The translations under genes and the position numbers were made by a program. DNA of 56,053 bases from a virus (lineage: Duplodnaviria > Caudoviricetes). The stretch is taken from positions 1-56,053 of the IMG/VR virus record IMGVR_UViG_3300047388_000165; one strand, written 5' to 3'. Shown piece after piece: positions 55,616-56,053 of the stretch (the stretch's first letter is position 1; each line of letters opens with the position of its first letter). Under the pieces are notes generated by a model. That model was given only the letters and a program-made list of their open reading frames with translations. It did no database searches and was not told the origin of the DNA.

Positions 55616-55776
55616 GGCTTTTTGTCCTTCTCGGCATGGAGCCAGCCCATCTGCCAGTTCCAGCGCTTCGTGATGTCCTCTGGCTGCATGCCTTCGAAGG
55701 GACACTCGTTGAATTTCTTGCCGGCGAGGTAGTCGGCATACCCGCGCTCGGCCTCTTGGGTTCGGCAGTCGCTCAT
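55612..55776 (-). CDS. Rmf/CrpP-fold small protein (54 aa, not in the ORF track)
   Basis: Manual translation MSDCRTQEAERGYADYLAGKKFNECPF...RWNWQMGW. Confidence 0.65.
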   Translation of the reverse strand: MSDCRTQEAERGYADYLAGKKFNECPFEGMQPEDITKRWNWQMGWLHAEKDKKP

Positions 55777-55937
55777 TCGTTCTCGGGGAAAGAGGGTTGT
55801 TCGGAGAGGGAGTTGAACTCGCTGCTTTTGAGGTCCTTGTTTTCGGGGAGGTGATCTTCGACTGCCTGATCGAACCCTGCCTCGTCGTTCCGTTCGAGGG
55901 CGGCGATGGCTCGAGCCTCACCGGGAGGGGGGGGGGA
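55773..55937 (-). CDS. 3' part of the replication-initiator-like gene (joined to 24..407)
   Basis: In frame across the terminal overlap. Confidence 0.65.
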   Translation of the reverse strand, partial: SPPPPGEARAIAALERNDEAGFDQAVEDHLPENKDLKSSEFNSLSEQPSFPENE

Positions 55938-56053
55938 GGGTTTCTCTTTTTTCCTGGCTCGGTGACGGCGGACGGCCTCACGGACTTGAACGGTGCGTTC
56001 CTCCTGATTCCTGACTGCCCGATACTTCGCACCGTTGACCACTCGGTAGGCGA
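55938..56053. repeat. Terminal 116-bp direct repeat, copy 2
   Basis: Identical to 24-139. Confidence 0.95.

Noticed and set aside
55938-56053. Terminal repeat as a biological DTR or att site
   Set aside because: It lies in the middle of a gene and has the size of an assembler overlap
1-56053. Integrase, tRNAs, stop-codon recoding, DGR/reverse transcriptase
   Set aside because: No recombinase, cloverleaf or RT motifs seen by eye; long genes are intact under the standard code

Overview
Apparently complete, circularly assembled ~55.9 kb tailed dsDNA phage genome; bases 24-139 are repeated at 55938-56053, and a replication-initiator-like gene reads across the join. The virion module looks podovirus-like: portal, scaffold, a 510-aa major capsid, tail adaptor/nozzle, three ejection-type proteins (one of 2128 aa), and a terminase inverted relative to its neighbours. 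The + strand early arm (1.3-17.9 kb) encodes many small proteins, a four-component ubiquitin-like conjugation cassette (Ubl, E2, E1/ThiF, JAB), and recombination/replication genes (Rad52/Mgm101-like annealase, PD-(D/E)XK exonuclease, SF2 helicase, primase). A glycan-modification cluster with a transaldolase lies next to the portal. No integrase, tRNA, CRISPR array or recognisable endolysin was found. Three signals stand out. (1) A putative ~83-nt sRNA in the head module (39944-40027, -) has its own promoter and terminator and is antisense to an AAAGGACAG motif found at the start of about ten early genes. (2) An 18-bp palindrome, TGTCAACCGCGGTTGACA, occurs ~10 times, mostly inside coding sequence, including directly after the HTH of a candidate cognate DNA-binding protein. 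(3) In the ubiquitin-like cassette the Ubl lacks a C-terminal GG, whereas the E1 has an overprinted tail ending in GG. A Verrucomicrobiota host is suggested by protein motifs (inference). All product calls come from motif recognition by eye, not database searches.
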